A stretch of DNA of 63,818 bases, counting the filler, from Sphacelaria rigidula (Eukaryota): assembly GCA_964200075.2 (NCBI GenBank). It is 11 parts of 11 records of this genome, joined end to end, with 100 filler letters (N's around TTAATTAATTAA, not from the genome) between each part and the next. Parts side by side here need not be neighbours in the genome. Positions count along the whole stretch, not along the records: positions 23,245 to 28,955 come from CAXNAA020025055.1; positions 29,056 to 34,766 come from CAXNAA020025056.1; positions 34,867 to 40,577 come from CAXNAA020025057.1; 8 more parts are not named here. One strand, written 5' to 3'. How positions within the stretch are numbered: the stretch's first letter is position 1; each line of letters starts with the position of its first letter. Shown one piece after another: positions 25,751-38,200 of this stretch. The position numbers were made by a program, and so were the translations under genes. The notes below the pieces were generated by a model. That model saw only the letters and a list, made by a program, of their open reading frames with translations. It was not told the origin of the DNA and ran no database searches.

Positions 25751-26395
25751 TTGAATTGCCATCACCAAAATGAGACATACCGCAAGGCAGCGAAGTAGTC
25801 CACCTATAGTCCACCTGTAGGGGAACTATATGGGCTCATTTTGACGGTCGTGATTAGTGAGGATGGTCATTCCGCGCCTCTCGGGCCCCGTTCTTGGCTT
25901 AGTACCTTCCGCGGGTAACTTCCATACACACATAGTTGAATTGGTGAGCCTCCCGGCTGCTCTTCAGACAGGTATAAATAAAACCGTCTTGACTGGTGGC
26001 GCCATTGTTAGACTAGCGTGACCTACGGTAGCGGTAGCAATCGTCAAAGCTAGACGATGATTTCCTCCCTTGTTATTTGGGCAAAGATTGACCGCCGACG
26101 GCGGGTTAGGCTCTTGAAATCAACCTGCACCGGGTACAAAATAGTTCTTCGTGTTCTGTTGTTGGACAGTCGGAGTTCTGTTGTGACTCGCCAGGGACCA
26201 ACGGTGGCTCTTAGTATGTAAAGCTCTTGTACCGCTGAGACTGTTGCCTAGAGTCCCTGAAGTTCGGCTGTACAGACATGAGTTTCGGGCCTCTCGGTAA
26301 GGCCACGGTCGGATCGGTGTTGTACTGGCTTCATCACCGGTGTACATGCCATACAAGTAATCACTCCGCACATACAATACAGCGCCTTAACGATT

Positions 26396-26491
26396 TATAG
26401 ATAGATATAGATAGATATAAACATATATAGATATAGATATAGATATAGATATATAGATGTAGACATAGATATAGATACAGATACAGATACA
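26396..26491. repeat. (ATAGAT)n / (ATACAG)n microsatellite
   Basis: Direct reading. Confidence 0.95.
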
Positions 26492-28880
26492 GGTTTTGTT
26501 TTCGATGTGGGTAGGTGGTGGGTTTGTCGTTGATAGCATATGGGGACATCTTCCCATTGACAGTGCCGTGGAGGAAGAAGGCCTGACGCTGTCAGCGGTG
26601 TGTCCGTGCAAAGACTGGGCACTCCAACCCCCATAACTACGACTTGGGAGTGACTCCTTGACGTGCGTGTATCTACCAAAATCAAGAACAATAGAAAAAA
26701 AAACTACGAGCTGAGGCGCATGAGTAACATCTGATTGAAAAAAAGGGAAATGTTCGATTAATCTTGTCTCCTAAGAATATTTTCGTAATACATGTTTTTG
26801 GGTATTTTCCCTCTGCGGGGTAAATTACAGCAAATATCTGTCTAGAACACATAACCTGTTCATCTTGGCGACATTCGGCGGGATATATTCGGGATATAAT
26901 TGAAAGTAGGTTTTCGGGTTCGAACAAGTCCCGCTAGGATAGGGGGGGGATTGATTCTACCAAATAACAGGGCTCATAGGTATGTCAGACGATTCAACAC
27001 ACTCGCGGTGCGCTTTGTATTTGGGTTAAAGCGCTGTCAAGCGATATGAGTGAGCGGTCTTTATCAGTATCAAGCGAGTAACGTTGCTGCTTCCAACGAC
27101 GACTCGAAAGTAGAATTTCGTGAAAGAAATGGTCCAAAATACCACCCCCCCCTATCGCAGCATGACTCGAATCTCGGCGGGATCACTTCAACAGATGCAA
27201 AAGTCCGCGGAAGCTAAGTGGGAAACGAAAAGTCGCAAAAATAGTGGGGGAATGCAGGCATGGTTCACGAAGCCACGAATAGTTTATTTTGCGAAGATTG
27301 TGAGCTCGGGCACTGAACACATCAAAGAATTTAGGAGGGGGAAGGTGCGACATATCCTTCATATACATATATATATACTGTATACCTTTCTATTTTCTGC
27401 CCTTTTTTTTCAGCGAGTGCTCTTGTTTTGTTTATCTTGTGTGAGTCTATTATGCAACCCCGAATGGATCCCTTGGGGATCGGTCAATGTACGACAGTTA
27501 ATCGAAGCAATTAATTGTATAAATACGGGCATGCAGTACAGGGTTGCAATGCACTGCACTGTAACTGTACGAGTATGTCAGGTTCACACGAGGGCTACTG
27601 CACATACGAGTCTTCACCCCAAGCCGCTGACATGACTGCACAGGTGAATAGCCAGAGTTTAAAATATACATGTAGACGAGAGACCAGTCGATTGGTACAC
27701 AAAAGTTAGCTGTCAGTACGGCACGAACCAGTAGCCAACGCTCTCTTTAACGTGTGCCGTGCGTTCTGCTGATATATGCATATGTACGTGAGTATTCTGT
27801 TGACGGATGCGCATGTTCTCAAGTATATATATCTATACCTGTTATGGTCCAGCCATTGTGCGCTATCGAATACAATCGCCGCCTTGCACCCCATCGTCTC
27901 CGGGGTTTCCGGGACCTTGGGGACCTGAATCGCTCCCTGGAGATTGAGTGGGGAGATCAATACGAAAGCACGTCGTTAGCTCTGCTGCAGATTCATACAC
28001 AGCAAGGAGGAGGAGATGCCCGAGCATCTCCAGTAATGCTTGAAAACCCGATTCGGATACCATGGTAACTACTATGTGAGCGGTGTATTCAGCGATGTCG
28101 CACGCCAACAAGAGAGCAAATCGATACCGATGGTGTTCCGGATCGGAAGGGACTGAAATTTTGTGAGCATGAGAAATTTTCCTAGCGCTTTCTGAGGAAA
28201 ACGTGTTCATGCAGAGGATGATGTCCGGGATAACCCGAGACATTGGTTGAGATGTCCGGCCAATTATTTCCGGTGTCATGATACTGTACCATGAACGAGA
28301 TATCAAATCCGATGGAATTGACCAACAGGGGGAAGCTGGGAGGCGAAAATGATGAGTGTTCCTTCCAGAGGAGAGATAAACTGACGTATCATGTATCGGG
28401 GAAGTTGTAAACCGAATATCGTGGATTACGGAGAATATAACCGGGGCGATGAGAAATCGTTGTCACCGATATTTTCGTGTAAAAAATGCGGCGGCCGTGC
28501 ATCCGAACGTTGTGCCGTTGGGAATATCTCATCGGGGTTGTTCGGACATTGGTTACTTGTGTTATGATTGGTGCAGCATATAGGGTATGTCTCCTCGCAC
28601 CCCCGCTCTCCCGCGCTCCTGTCGTTGTGGGGAGAGAGTGTTGGGATTGCAAAACGACACAAGTAGTGGTTGCTGGGGAAAATGTAGGGGTTGACTATAA
28701 GGTGTGATGTAGGAGGGTAAACGTTTCTCGCATCACGGTTGGTGAATAGGACGGAGAGTCGGTGGCCACAAGCCATTGACTAGCCACACATGCAAACTTA
28801 TTTTGATCCACTCTTTCCTTGAGTATCCTTTCTTTTTTCCGCATGTACGTATATCGTATTCATGCATGCATGTATGTATT

Positions 28881-28955
28881 TATACATACGTACATACGTA
28901 CATACATACATACATACATACATACATACATACATACATACATACGTACATACAT
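28881..28955. repeat. (TACA)n microsatellite
   Basis: Direct reading. Confidence 0.95.
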
Positions 28956-30339
28956 NNNNNNNNNNNNNNNNNNNNNNNNNNNNNNNNNNNNNNNNNNNNT
29001 TAATTAATTAANNNNNNNNNNNNNNNNNNNNNNNNNNNNNNNNNNNNNNNNNNNNAAAGAAATGGAAGCGTGGGTGGAGGATTTAGTGGGGATACGGAGA
29101 TTGGAATCCTCCGGGAGTCCAGCGATAGGTGAAGACCAACCATTGCACCGGATGAAAGCAATAAACAATAAAAGGGAAATATGCCGACTGCGTCTCCCTG
29201 CAAAGGGGTCACTGCAATTACAAAACCAAATAACGAGAGGCGGACAAAGTTGAAACACATATACACACGCGAACACACATTACACTCGATGTTATTGAGC
29301 AAAACGTGGTACGAACCTACACGCGTACTGGAGGCACAACAATGCAAGCACGCGGTATTGGAATATCGTCGATCCCACTACATCAATTATATATCTGCGC
29401 AGGTCCAATGATGTGTGCCGGGGTTGCAGGAGGTCATGGCCATATCCGAAAGACCAGAGGCCCATTCTTGTACCGAACGTTCATGGTGATCACGTTGATA
29501 ATAGCTTTGCCCCATCTCCAGCATGTTACTTGCTAGGAAATGCTCTCAATTGTCTTTACCTGGTCCCAGTTTTCACGCAGTCGCGCCATTGAACCTTCAC
29601 TGTTCCGAGATCGTTAGTCTTGGATTCTGGAATTGCTCGGCCCCCAGCAACCTCTTTCTCTCGCAGTGTGGCATACCTGTACATTATTTCCCCGTACATG
29701 GAAAAAAGCTGGAGGTCACTTCCTCAATCGCGAAGCCCACAGCGTTACACCGGCGATTCGTACTTGACCCTTGAGCAATCAATTCGCAAGTACCCATACA
29801 GGCTGGACGGGAGAAGAGACAAACTGAGACTTAGCAGAGAGAGGCTTAGACGATGACATGAGGTACATGCATACCGACCACGTTACGCGACGTATGCGTA
29901 GGCTCACCGACACATTAGCCGGCAGCCTTTCACACCCTTTTGGGTGAATCATTAGATTCTGATACTTGGAGGCTTCGTCAATTACCGGCCCTAATCGAGT
30001 GCCCGCAGGAGCCGATAAGCACACACACGAGCACGCAAAACAACCAAATCAACACATACTGCATACCAGCAAGGGAAATGGGCAAGCAAGCGAAGATTCA
30101 CTGACAGCAATGACTTCATGAAGCACATCCCTCTAATATTTTATCTCCATCAGCCGGCGGTGGCAGTGTACGCAGTAGGCGACGTGACGGTCATTTCCCC
30201 CGCGCGCACGGCACCATTCGTTTCCCCCGCTGGCGTCTGTATTGTGTACTTTAGTGCAAGGCAACCCAACCGCGGAGTCGTTGGTGGGCAGGCATTGCCA
30301 CTAACGACAAGCGAACTTTGGTCGCCCACCCAGGTCGTG

Positions 30340-32840
30340 CCAACCGGTACACGTCGGACAGCTCATGAGATACGTGAAATATTTAGCCGAAGTGAACTCT
30401 CAGATCCATTGTCCAAGAACACAAATTACTTGACAGCAGGGTCCGAGAAGCCTAAGCGCTACCTTCGTTTTACTTCGCCTGCTCGGCGTCCAGCGCTGTA
30501 GGGAGAAAATATGCGGGAAAGGGGTCATGATCCGGATCGATAAACTAAGAGGTAATATTCAGGTAGCTCATGAGCTGTCCAACGTGTACATACTAGCAAC
30601 GATTGCCCATGTGAGCGCGGACAAAGGCTTCCTGTAGACTCGGTTATCCCGTCACCCATCGCAAGTGCATGGACACCATGCCGGAGATCACTTCTGGCTG
30701 TAAACGGTACTATTGTTCGCAAATCTTCTGTCGGCAAGTGGCGGGGCCGTACGAGATATAGTACGGGCCGAAAGGGTTGTGCGCGTATACTACGACGTAT
30801 ACATGTAAGCACACTGAGTGACACGACAAGCATATTGCTTCCTAGTGGTCTCCCATGACGCTGGCTACATACGCGATGACAACTCTTGACCAGACTTGTC
30901 GGTTGTTGGCAGGCCGCGGTTGCTATAGGGAAAAAAATGATGGAAGAGCTATATTCCGACGGAAAATATTTAGAGGGGCCAAAGACGAATTGTGAAATCG
31001 GTAGTGACGCTGCATTGACCGGTCGTGCACCTCGCTGGGCGAACTCGACGCATTGCAGGTTGCTCGACGTACGTTTCACCCTGGAGAAATCAATTTATGG
31101 CCATCAAAGCACAATATAAAACAATCGTGATGTCGAATCAACCAGTGTTATTCCTTTTCAATATTATGGAGGCGGTGTGTTGATCATATAAATAATCCGA
31201 ATTGGCAAATTTTTTTGAGATGGTCATGCTCCAAGGCCTAACATATGAGGCTGAAGGGAGCAGATGAGTTTGGGGAAGGGGGCTCCACATCAGCCCGGAT
31301 AACTGGCACTACAGAGGTCGGGCACGCATATCTCGGCAGGAGGGAGCAAGAAGGTATGTCGCTGCGTGGTTGAGAAGCATTCATTGTTCGATATATGTAC
31401 GTCCCGGCTGCGGCGACAATGCAATGCATTGATCGCCTGTGTTCCGTGTACTCTGACGGCATACCGCCTCTACTGTACCAGGCAGGCCATGAGTGCGGCC
31501 AAGAGTAGGCATATATAGAGAGGGTGCAACGTGTTCGCTGCTGTGCGGTTTGCTGTACCATGCATCGGCGCATATCACCATGCTACAGTAATTCATGTCC
31601 ACCGTGCACTTGCGATTCTTCGTGTGTGTTTGCTGCGAGTTGAAGACGATCCGAGGTTGACATTGCTCCCTCATGTTGAGCATAACTGCTCAATGACACT
31701 GCTATAGTTAGTGCAGTATAGTCCGTAGAGACGACGTCTTCGTCAGTACAGATTGCTTCATGGTATTGTAACACCCCCTCGGAACATATGCTGTAGTGCT
31801 CATATGAGCTACGATTAGGTAGCACAAATCCCACGCCACAAAGTGTAGCACGGCCCGTGCTTTAGTGACACTGGCCCTTATTTCCTGCTGCATGCATCAC
31901 GCGTGGACGGGTGGCCCCATGCGACATCCCGTTTGTAGCAGTACCCACGACATGTTGTGAGATGCTCTTGAGGGAGAAGAAGATGTTGCCCCGCGATTGC
32001 ATGGCGATGTTTGCGGCATCAACGAGTTGCACACGAATAGAGAGGATGAGGTTAACTTGTGTGGTCATATCGCTGTGCAGGGTGACAGCGGTCCCCTCAG
32101 CGATGTACGAGCGCGTGTGTCACCCCGCCTGTCCTCTGCAGCTGAAATTAGGATATTTATCAATACTTTGACGGTGATTAACACCCCCTCACGAAAACGG
32201 TTCGAAGGTTTACGGGCGGGATAGTCCCGACATGGAGACACCACCGCTTCTGTCCTGCGACGGAGTTTGTTCTTTCCCAACATGCACGCATTTCAGCTCC
32301 TAGCAGCGGGCGCAGTCAGTCGTGTGTGTGTGTGTGAAGAACGTGCCAAAACATGAGTCGGAGTCGGGATTCCACGTGCGATGCCGTCGATCGACTTCGG
32401 TTCAGCAGTTATGATTGTGCGGGTGTGCCGCTGTGACAAGGCGGGCCGTATTTTTAGGAGGCAATACTTTGTAAAATACGCCAGTCGCCCTACTCCATCT
32501 ATGCCACCATTGTTACGTGAACAGGTGTGATGGCAGGGAACAAAAAGGGTGCAAGCACAACTTGGGTATGATTGAAGCCATCATTGTGAATCACGATGGA
32601 CATTTGCATCGTGCATGACGCCCCGCAACACGCAACGTTAGCATCCGCTCCGATTCGTGTAAATATCCTGTGTTCCTCTATCAACTGCTCGTGATTGCGA
32701 AGCACCATGCTCCCCACGGATGAAGATTCCGATAACCGATGTGCTGGGATCTTCGTGGAATAAACCAATGAAGGGGGGTTGACGCAAACAAGTGAGGTCC
32801 GAGATGAAGTTTGATGTGGTGGAATCTTCGTAATCCGGCA
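30340..32840 (+). pseudogene. Decayed intron-containing transposase-like gene, Academ/DUF6589-like
   Basis: Exon-like pieces in the expected order: LGYPVTHRKC (30639), LHISPDNWHY (31283), CSSTHDM...RLHGD (31997), PLQLKLGYL (32133), GVMAGN...W (~32525), KYPVFLYQLL (32661). Internal stops present. Confidence 0.4.
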
Positions 32841-33193
32841 ACGAAAGAAACGTTCAGTGCGCCGATATGTTGATTGTGCCTACCCCTAATTGTGTGGCAT
32901 GTGGTAGTTCTCGATAGCTACCTGTTGGCGAAGGAAGTCACCATATTTAGCTTGAGCATAGTATGAGTGCAGCATGCAGCATATGGCAGTCATGTTCTTT
33001 CGAGTTTTCCGCATGGCAATAAACATAGCCCATGGTGTAGGTTCGGTTTACGGTCTGTACCACGCACGAAGAGTGCCGCGCAGTATGGAAAAGTGCAACC
33101 GGGTATCTTTCGTGGGCCCTGCTGTACGGACTGTGTTGCGCCGAATATGCCGCAGTTATTGCTGCGACCCATGATCATAAATTTCTGTTCGAG

Positions 33194-34117
33194 GTGGTTG
33201 ACGGGGTGCAAGTCCTGCCTGCATGTTTGACATACCGTCCATGCGGTGATCATGATCCACCCCGCGCGCCGGATCTTACTCATGCTGCTTCTGCTCGTAC
33301 CGTGTGCGCCGTGGAGCGCGGGTGGGAAGGATTGGAGTGGAGCAACAGTACGCGCTGGCGAAGAGGGGTTGCCAGCTCCAGTGGTAGGAGCGGTACACCC
33401 CCTGCGCGCCCGGCTGTATGGCGGCGGATGAGAGGAGGGACGCGGTCTAATCGTGATGCCACTTTCGGCGATGAACCATCGCCGGGGATCACCAGCGACG
33501 GCACACCGGTCGCCGGCGAGCGCCCACCGTCGTTGGCCGGCGGCTCCCGCCGACGCAGTCGCCGACAGTCTGCCGCGCGAGGAGGATGTGGCGGGGATAT
33601 GCTGCCGGGATTTCTGTTGGGGGGGCAACGGCCGACGCCATCTACCTCTACAGAAGAACCGCGCGCTGGGCAGGCCGACGTCCATACCCCCAAAAGACGG
33701 AAACGGGTGTCGCTGTCATGCGGAAAGGCGGTTTGTGGTACCACGGAAGCGCGGCCGACGCCCTGTCCGGTATGTCCTGGTAATCCCCTGCACTCCGGCG
33801 ATCTACTGTGTTGCGCGTGCCACCGGCGGCCGCCGGATACACCAGGCTCCGACCCACAATTTCGGCATCTTCCCGATGACGAGGCGGTCGTCGATGCGGC
33901 GGAACTTTGGGATCGGATGACAGCGACGGGCGCGGCGGTAGAGACGGCATTTGTGCCGGGTTGGGTGCCGAGCCGCGGGTGTCTGTGTTATGCCCCTGAT
34001 TGCTTCTATGCCCTCCGGAGGATAGAGAAGGTGAAGGAGGAGCGGGCGGCGGCGAAGTGCGTAACATGCTGCCGGACGCCAAAGACGGAGTTGAGGAGAG
34101 CCGGGGAAAAATCTTGA
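33194..34117 (+). CDS. GC-rich ORF/exon with Cys clusters, function unknown (possibly TE-associated)
   Basis: 307-codon ORF containing CGKAVC...CPVC...H...CCAC, CLC....C and CVTCC. Confidence 0.35.
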   Translation: MVDGVQVLPACLTYRPCGDHDPPRAPDLTHAASARTVCAVERGWEGLEWSNSTRWRRGVASSSGRSGTPPARPAVWRRMRGGTRSNRDATFGDEPSPGITSDGTPVAGERPPSLAGGSRRRSRRQSAARGGCGGDMLPGFLLGGQRPTPSTSTEEPRAGQADVHTPKRRKRVSLSCGKAVCGTTEARPTPCPVCPGNPLHSGDLLCCACHRRPPDTPGSDPQFRHLPDDEAVVDAAELWDRMTATGAAVETAFVPGWVPSRGCLCYAPDCFYALRRIEKVKEERAAAKCVTCCRTPKTELRRAGEKS

Positions 34118-34709
34118 CTCATGCAAGAATTCTTTTGAGCGACGGATGCGGGAGCGATGCACCGGGGTGGGGACGGGAGCACCCATTTGCAGCGACATGG
34201 TGAGCACTCAATGGTGCTTGTCCTTTGCAGCACGCACGCGGAGCTAGAACGGTATACACGTACGTGCTGGGAGAGAGATGTCAGACGACAATCCCCGATG
34301 AATGACACGCCGTGCCCGTATCACCGCAAATACAGTAGTCGAGTGTTGCGTCCTGTGCCCCATCTGCTTCTTGGGATACCGGTCGCCCGCAGTATTCCCG
34401 GATGCTGAATAAGTATGTTTTTTTTTTTAATGCCATGAATAGTATCATGGTGGAATGACTAGCACTAGTGCCGTTTTTGTTCACGTTATACCCACCAGTA
34501 GTATTTCCGCGCATCAGGCGCTTGACTCCAAACAGCGGTCATAGATGCATGGTGGTATGTCGACATCATGCCCCGGTATCCGTGGGAAGAGATGGAACTG
34601 GAGTCGTTTATTCACGGACTCCGATACACTTAGGAATAAATGTACGACCAGAAAGTGGAATGAAGATGAGAACCGTCTACATCCAGAGGAAGTCGGACCC
34701 CCCCCGCCT

Positions 34710-34766
34710 CTGCTCCGTCTCGAAAGGGATGCGTGGTCAATGGTCAAATGACTAAGGCAAGCAACA
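34710..34766 (+). mobile_element. LINE 3'-end fragment
   Basis: Encodes APSRKGCVVNGQMTKASN; same family as 52299-52349, 43317-43362 and 63156-63445. Confidence 0.7.
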
Positions 34767-34866
34767 NNNNNNNNNNNNNNNNNNNNNNNNNNNNNNNNNN
34801 NNNNNNNNNNTTAATTAATTAANNNNNNNNNNNNNNNNNNNNNNNNNNNNNNNNNNNNNNNNNNNN

Positions 34867-34949
34867 CGTCTCGGCCTTGTTGGGATGCGAGGTCGAAGGT
34901 CTTACGACTATGGCATGCATGATCATGAGTACATCCCCCCCCCCCCCCC
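34867..34949 (+). mobile_element. LINE 3'-end fragment with oligo(C) tail (second subfamily)
   Basis: Reverse complement matches 63746-63818. Encodes GCEVEGLTTMA (homologous to GCVVNGQMTKA), then ATGAGTAC and C15. Confidence 0.65.
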
Positions 34950-35254
34950 TCCAACGACTTTTCGATTTTTTGCACGGCTGTTCAAAAGAAGAATGCGGAC
35001 TTTGTATAGCCCAGGCCACGTCCAGAAGTGACCCATAATACATACATGTTCATACACAAGTACAAGGTTCTCACAGTTGTTCTCAAGCTCAGTACCAATT
35101 TCTCACGGCATTGGCAACACTTGGGCTTCAATCCTTTCTTCTTTAAATAATCAGTAATTGCACTGAGATATCGTGAATAATGACGACAGTCGCCTGCATT
35201 GCACCCATCATCACCTCCTCCCATATCTTGCCCGCCGATTTTGAGTTTTTCAAG

Positions 35255-38200
35255 TACGACGCCCGAGGTTTATCGCTACAAACACCGTTGGGTACGCGAA
35301 TCCCGACGTTACTGCCACCGCGGTGCTCACGCCCACATCCCAATTTCGATCCTCAGTGTTCCTGCTTGCCGTCGATGTGTTGGTGTTCTTCTGTCCTTGG
35401 TAATTCAGGCCGGAGAACGTCGAGGTTTTCCACAAGAGACATGCCGCGCAAGAGAAGGCGTATCGCTTCAAAGTTCACGAGGGGAAAGAAACACTCAAGA
35501 AAACTTCGCAGGTGCGTTGTCGGCAGCCAGCCCTGGAGAAGCTCGGGCGCTGCGGTGTATTCGACATGAGGTGTAGTGTCGTACGTCTGGATGACAAGCT
35601 TCTATCGCCGAGGCAATATCGCCGTCGAACCATCCTGCCCTTGCCAAGGGGTGTCTTCATTTGTGCTATCTTGTTGCCTGGCGTCGGAGGACAACGACAA
35701 CCGCGTGCGTGTTCGTCACCACTCAAGTCTCGATCCTTTTTCTATTTTTTCTTCTGTTGTTGGTGTTGTTGTCTGGCCGTCGAATAGGGGACCGACGCTA
35801 TGTACGATTTCGTGCTTAAGCTCAACCTAGCTACCACGGAAGGCAAGGAGAGATTTTTGCGACGTTGGGCGGTTGGTCGAATTGCAAATGGCGAATCCCC
35901 CTCGCCGAAGGAGGGCTTGAAGTTCCTACAGAGCCTGGGCATCAACAAACCCAAGAAGGTGCGCTAAGGGTCCGCCTAATCCGCCGCGATCGAGTTTTTG
36001 CTTCCTGCGGGTTAGCGGCTGTACCCAAAGATTCAGTGGCTATTTTGATCTATCTCCTCGCATCCTGTCGTGTGTTTCCAGTCGCTCGATTTATTGACAC
36101 TTTCTCCTCCTCTGTCCCATGGCATGGTGCGAGCCGATAGCCAAGCAGGTGGGGGGATTTGCTTACGACGTGATGAATGAAGTCTGCTGGAACCTGATGA
36201 AAGGCCTCGAGTACAAATTGCTTCCTCTTCGTTGATGAACGAAGCGTTTCCCTCTGTGCACGGTCTGTCCAATCTGTGGGAGTTAGTTTTCAATTCGGAA
36301 TACCCGCAGTCACTTGCCGGGTGCCCCAGATTTTTGTAAGTCACACATCACGGAGTATGTTCGCTTTCTCTTCCCACACGGCAAATCGCGGTATCACACC
36401 GCAGATGCTTGACATCCAAGCGCGTAGAGCAGGCCTTCACACACCCAAGTCTGAACTGTCTATCACCCCTGTTCCTTCCTCTCTCGCTCCGTCGCGCGAC
36501 ACTGCAGCCTCCAGCCAAACTCTCGGTCGGCTCCGCCACCGCTCCAGCCAGCGCCGTCGAAACCATGCCCCCGCCGACTGGACTTATCAAGGACAAGAAG
36601 AGAGAGTCTCTGGCTTGCACGCCTGCACGGGGCAGGGGCATGGGGCGGGGCAGATCAGTGTTCGGAAGCTCTTTCGGAAGCTCTTTCGGAGGCTCCATCG
36701 GCAGCTCTGTCGGGAGCCCTCGAGCTAGCGTGTCTTCACTAGAGCCTGCTAGTAACAGCGAAAACGAGTCGTCGGCGTGGGAGGCGGCGCTGTCCCGTGC
36801 GGTGGGGGGGCTGATGAAGGTCGACGCGGACGCTTGCGCTCCTAAGATTGAGGAGCAAAGGAAGCAGTGAGTGGGCGCTTTTTGAACGCCACAACTTTCG
36901 TGTGCAGCACGTGTGCTGGACGTATCTCACTGTATCTGATCATTTGAGTTGCCTTGGAATTGACGGAAGTGAACCGGGACGCTTCAATCCATCTTCACCC
37001 CAAATACGCACCGGCATCCATTTTCAAGCGAGAAGCATTTCATCCCGCGACGACGCAAAATTGGTTATTGACATCTAGTCGTGGTGGATAAGCGTGATCC
37101 CATGCCAACAACGTTTCACGTCGCCTCCATCCATCCATCCCACTCATCCCAGAATTTCCACCCTCCTGCACGTGTGACGACATGGTATGATCTGACCGTA
37201 TGACAGGCGTCGCAGGAGGTCTGGATCGGAGCCACGCCGGCCCACTCCGCAGAAGCGGCAGGCTGCCGAAACGTGTAGGCCCATGCGGTCTAAAGCTTTC
37301 TGGGGCGCAGAGCCGGCGGAAGCCAACACAAGCGGTGGCAGGAAGGAACGTAGCTCTCTGTCCCTCAGCCCGTCCTCAACCCCGCCACCTCGTCTTGGAA
37401 CAGCAAAGGTACAAGCACAGCGAGGACTCTGGTCGTAGCGCCGCGGAGACCGAGGGGGCCTATGCTCTCTATGTACCTACGATTAGTGTTGAATTTTGTG
37501 GCGGGGGTGCGTGTCCTGGGCGAAAGTTTGGAGTACTGCTCGGCGGACCTCACCAGGAAGAGGACTAATCGCATCTCCCTTCTCTTTATCGAGCGATTTG
37601 AATGGATAAAATGGCGACTTAGTGTTGTCAAGTGGAGTAATGAACGTCTTCACCCTGTGCTGGTGTGATCGCCTCAAAATGATCGCTGTGCCGATGAGTT
37701 TGTGATTTGAACTTGCGGTGTCTGCAATCCAGGTATAGGAGATGGGGGTTGATGTTGGTGTGCTAGCGAATGACCATCATATTCGTTAAGTTCGTCGATG
37801 CCGAAGAGGTAATACTTCCAGATTACCAGCTAATTCTGTCCTTGTAGTCATACTCGGCGATTGAATAGTTTTCTTGCTTTTTTTCGAAGCATCACACTGT
37901 TTCATACTTCGCTAGACCACTGCACGAAATTTGACTCGGGTGTTGAGACATGCTCAGATCCAACAATCCTCTCTCGGTCAGTTGTCGCACTTTTCTGTGG
38001 TTTAACCTGATGATTTATTATGGACATCAGCGGCCATCTTTCTGATGTAACCCTCTGAATGCGCGGCATTTGACCCTTCCGCTGACTGACCGGCATGTGT
38101 CCGAGTACTCATGCTTTCTGCTCGGTCACGGAGAAAAGCATGCGGTTTATGTGTGCCGATACTTCTTCGCGTGTGTTTTTTTCCGCCTTCCCATTTTGTT

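Noticed and set aside
27754..28776. Possible viral or other gene relic
   Set aside because: Coding-like but no recognisable motif in any frame; unsupported without a database search.
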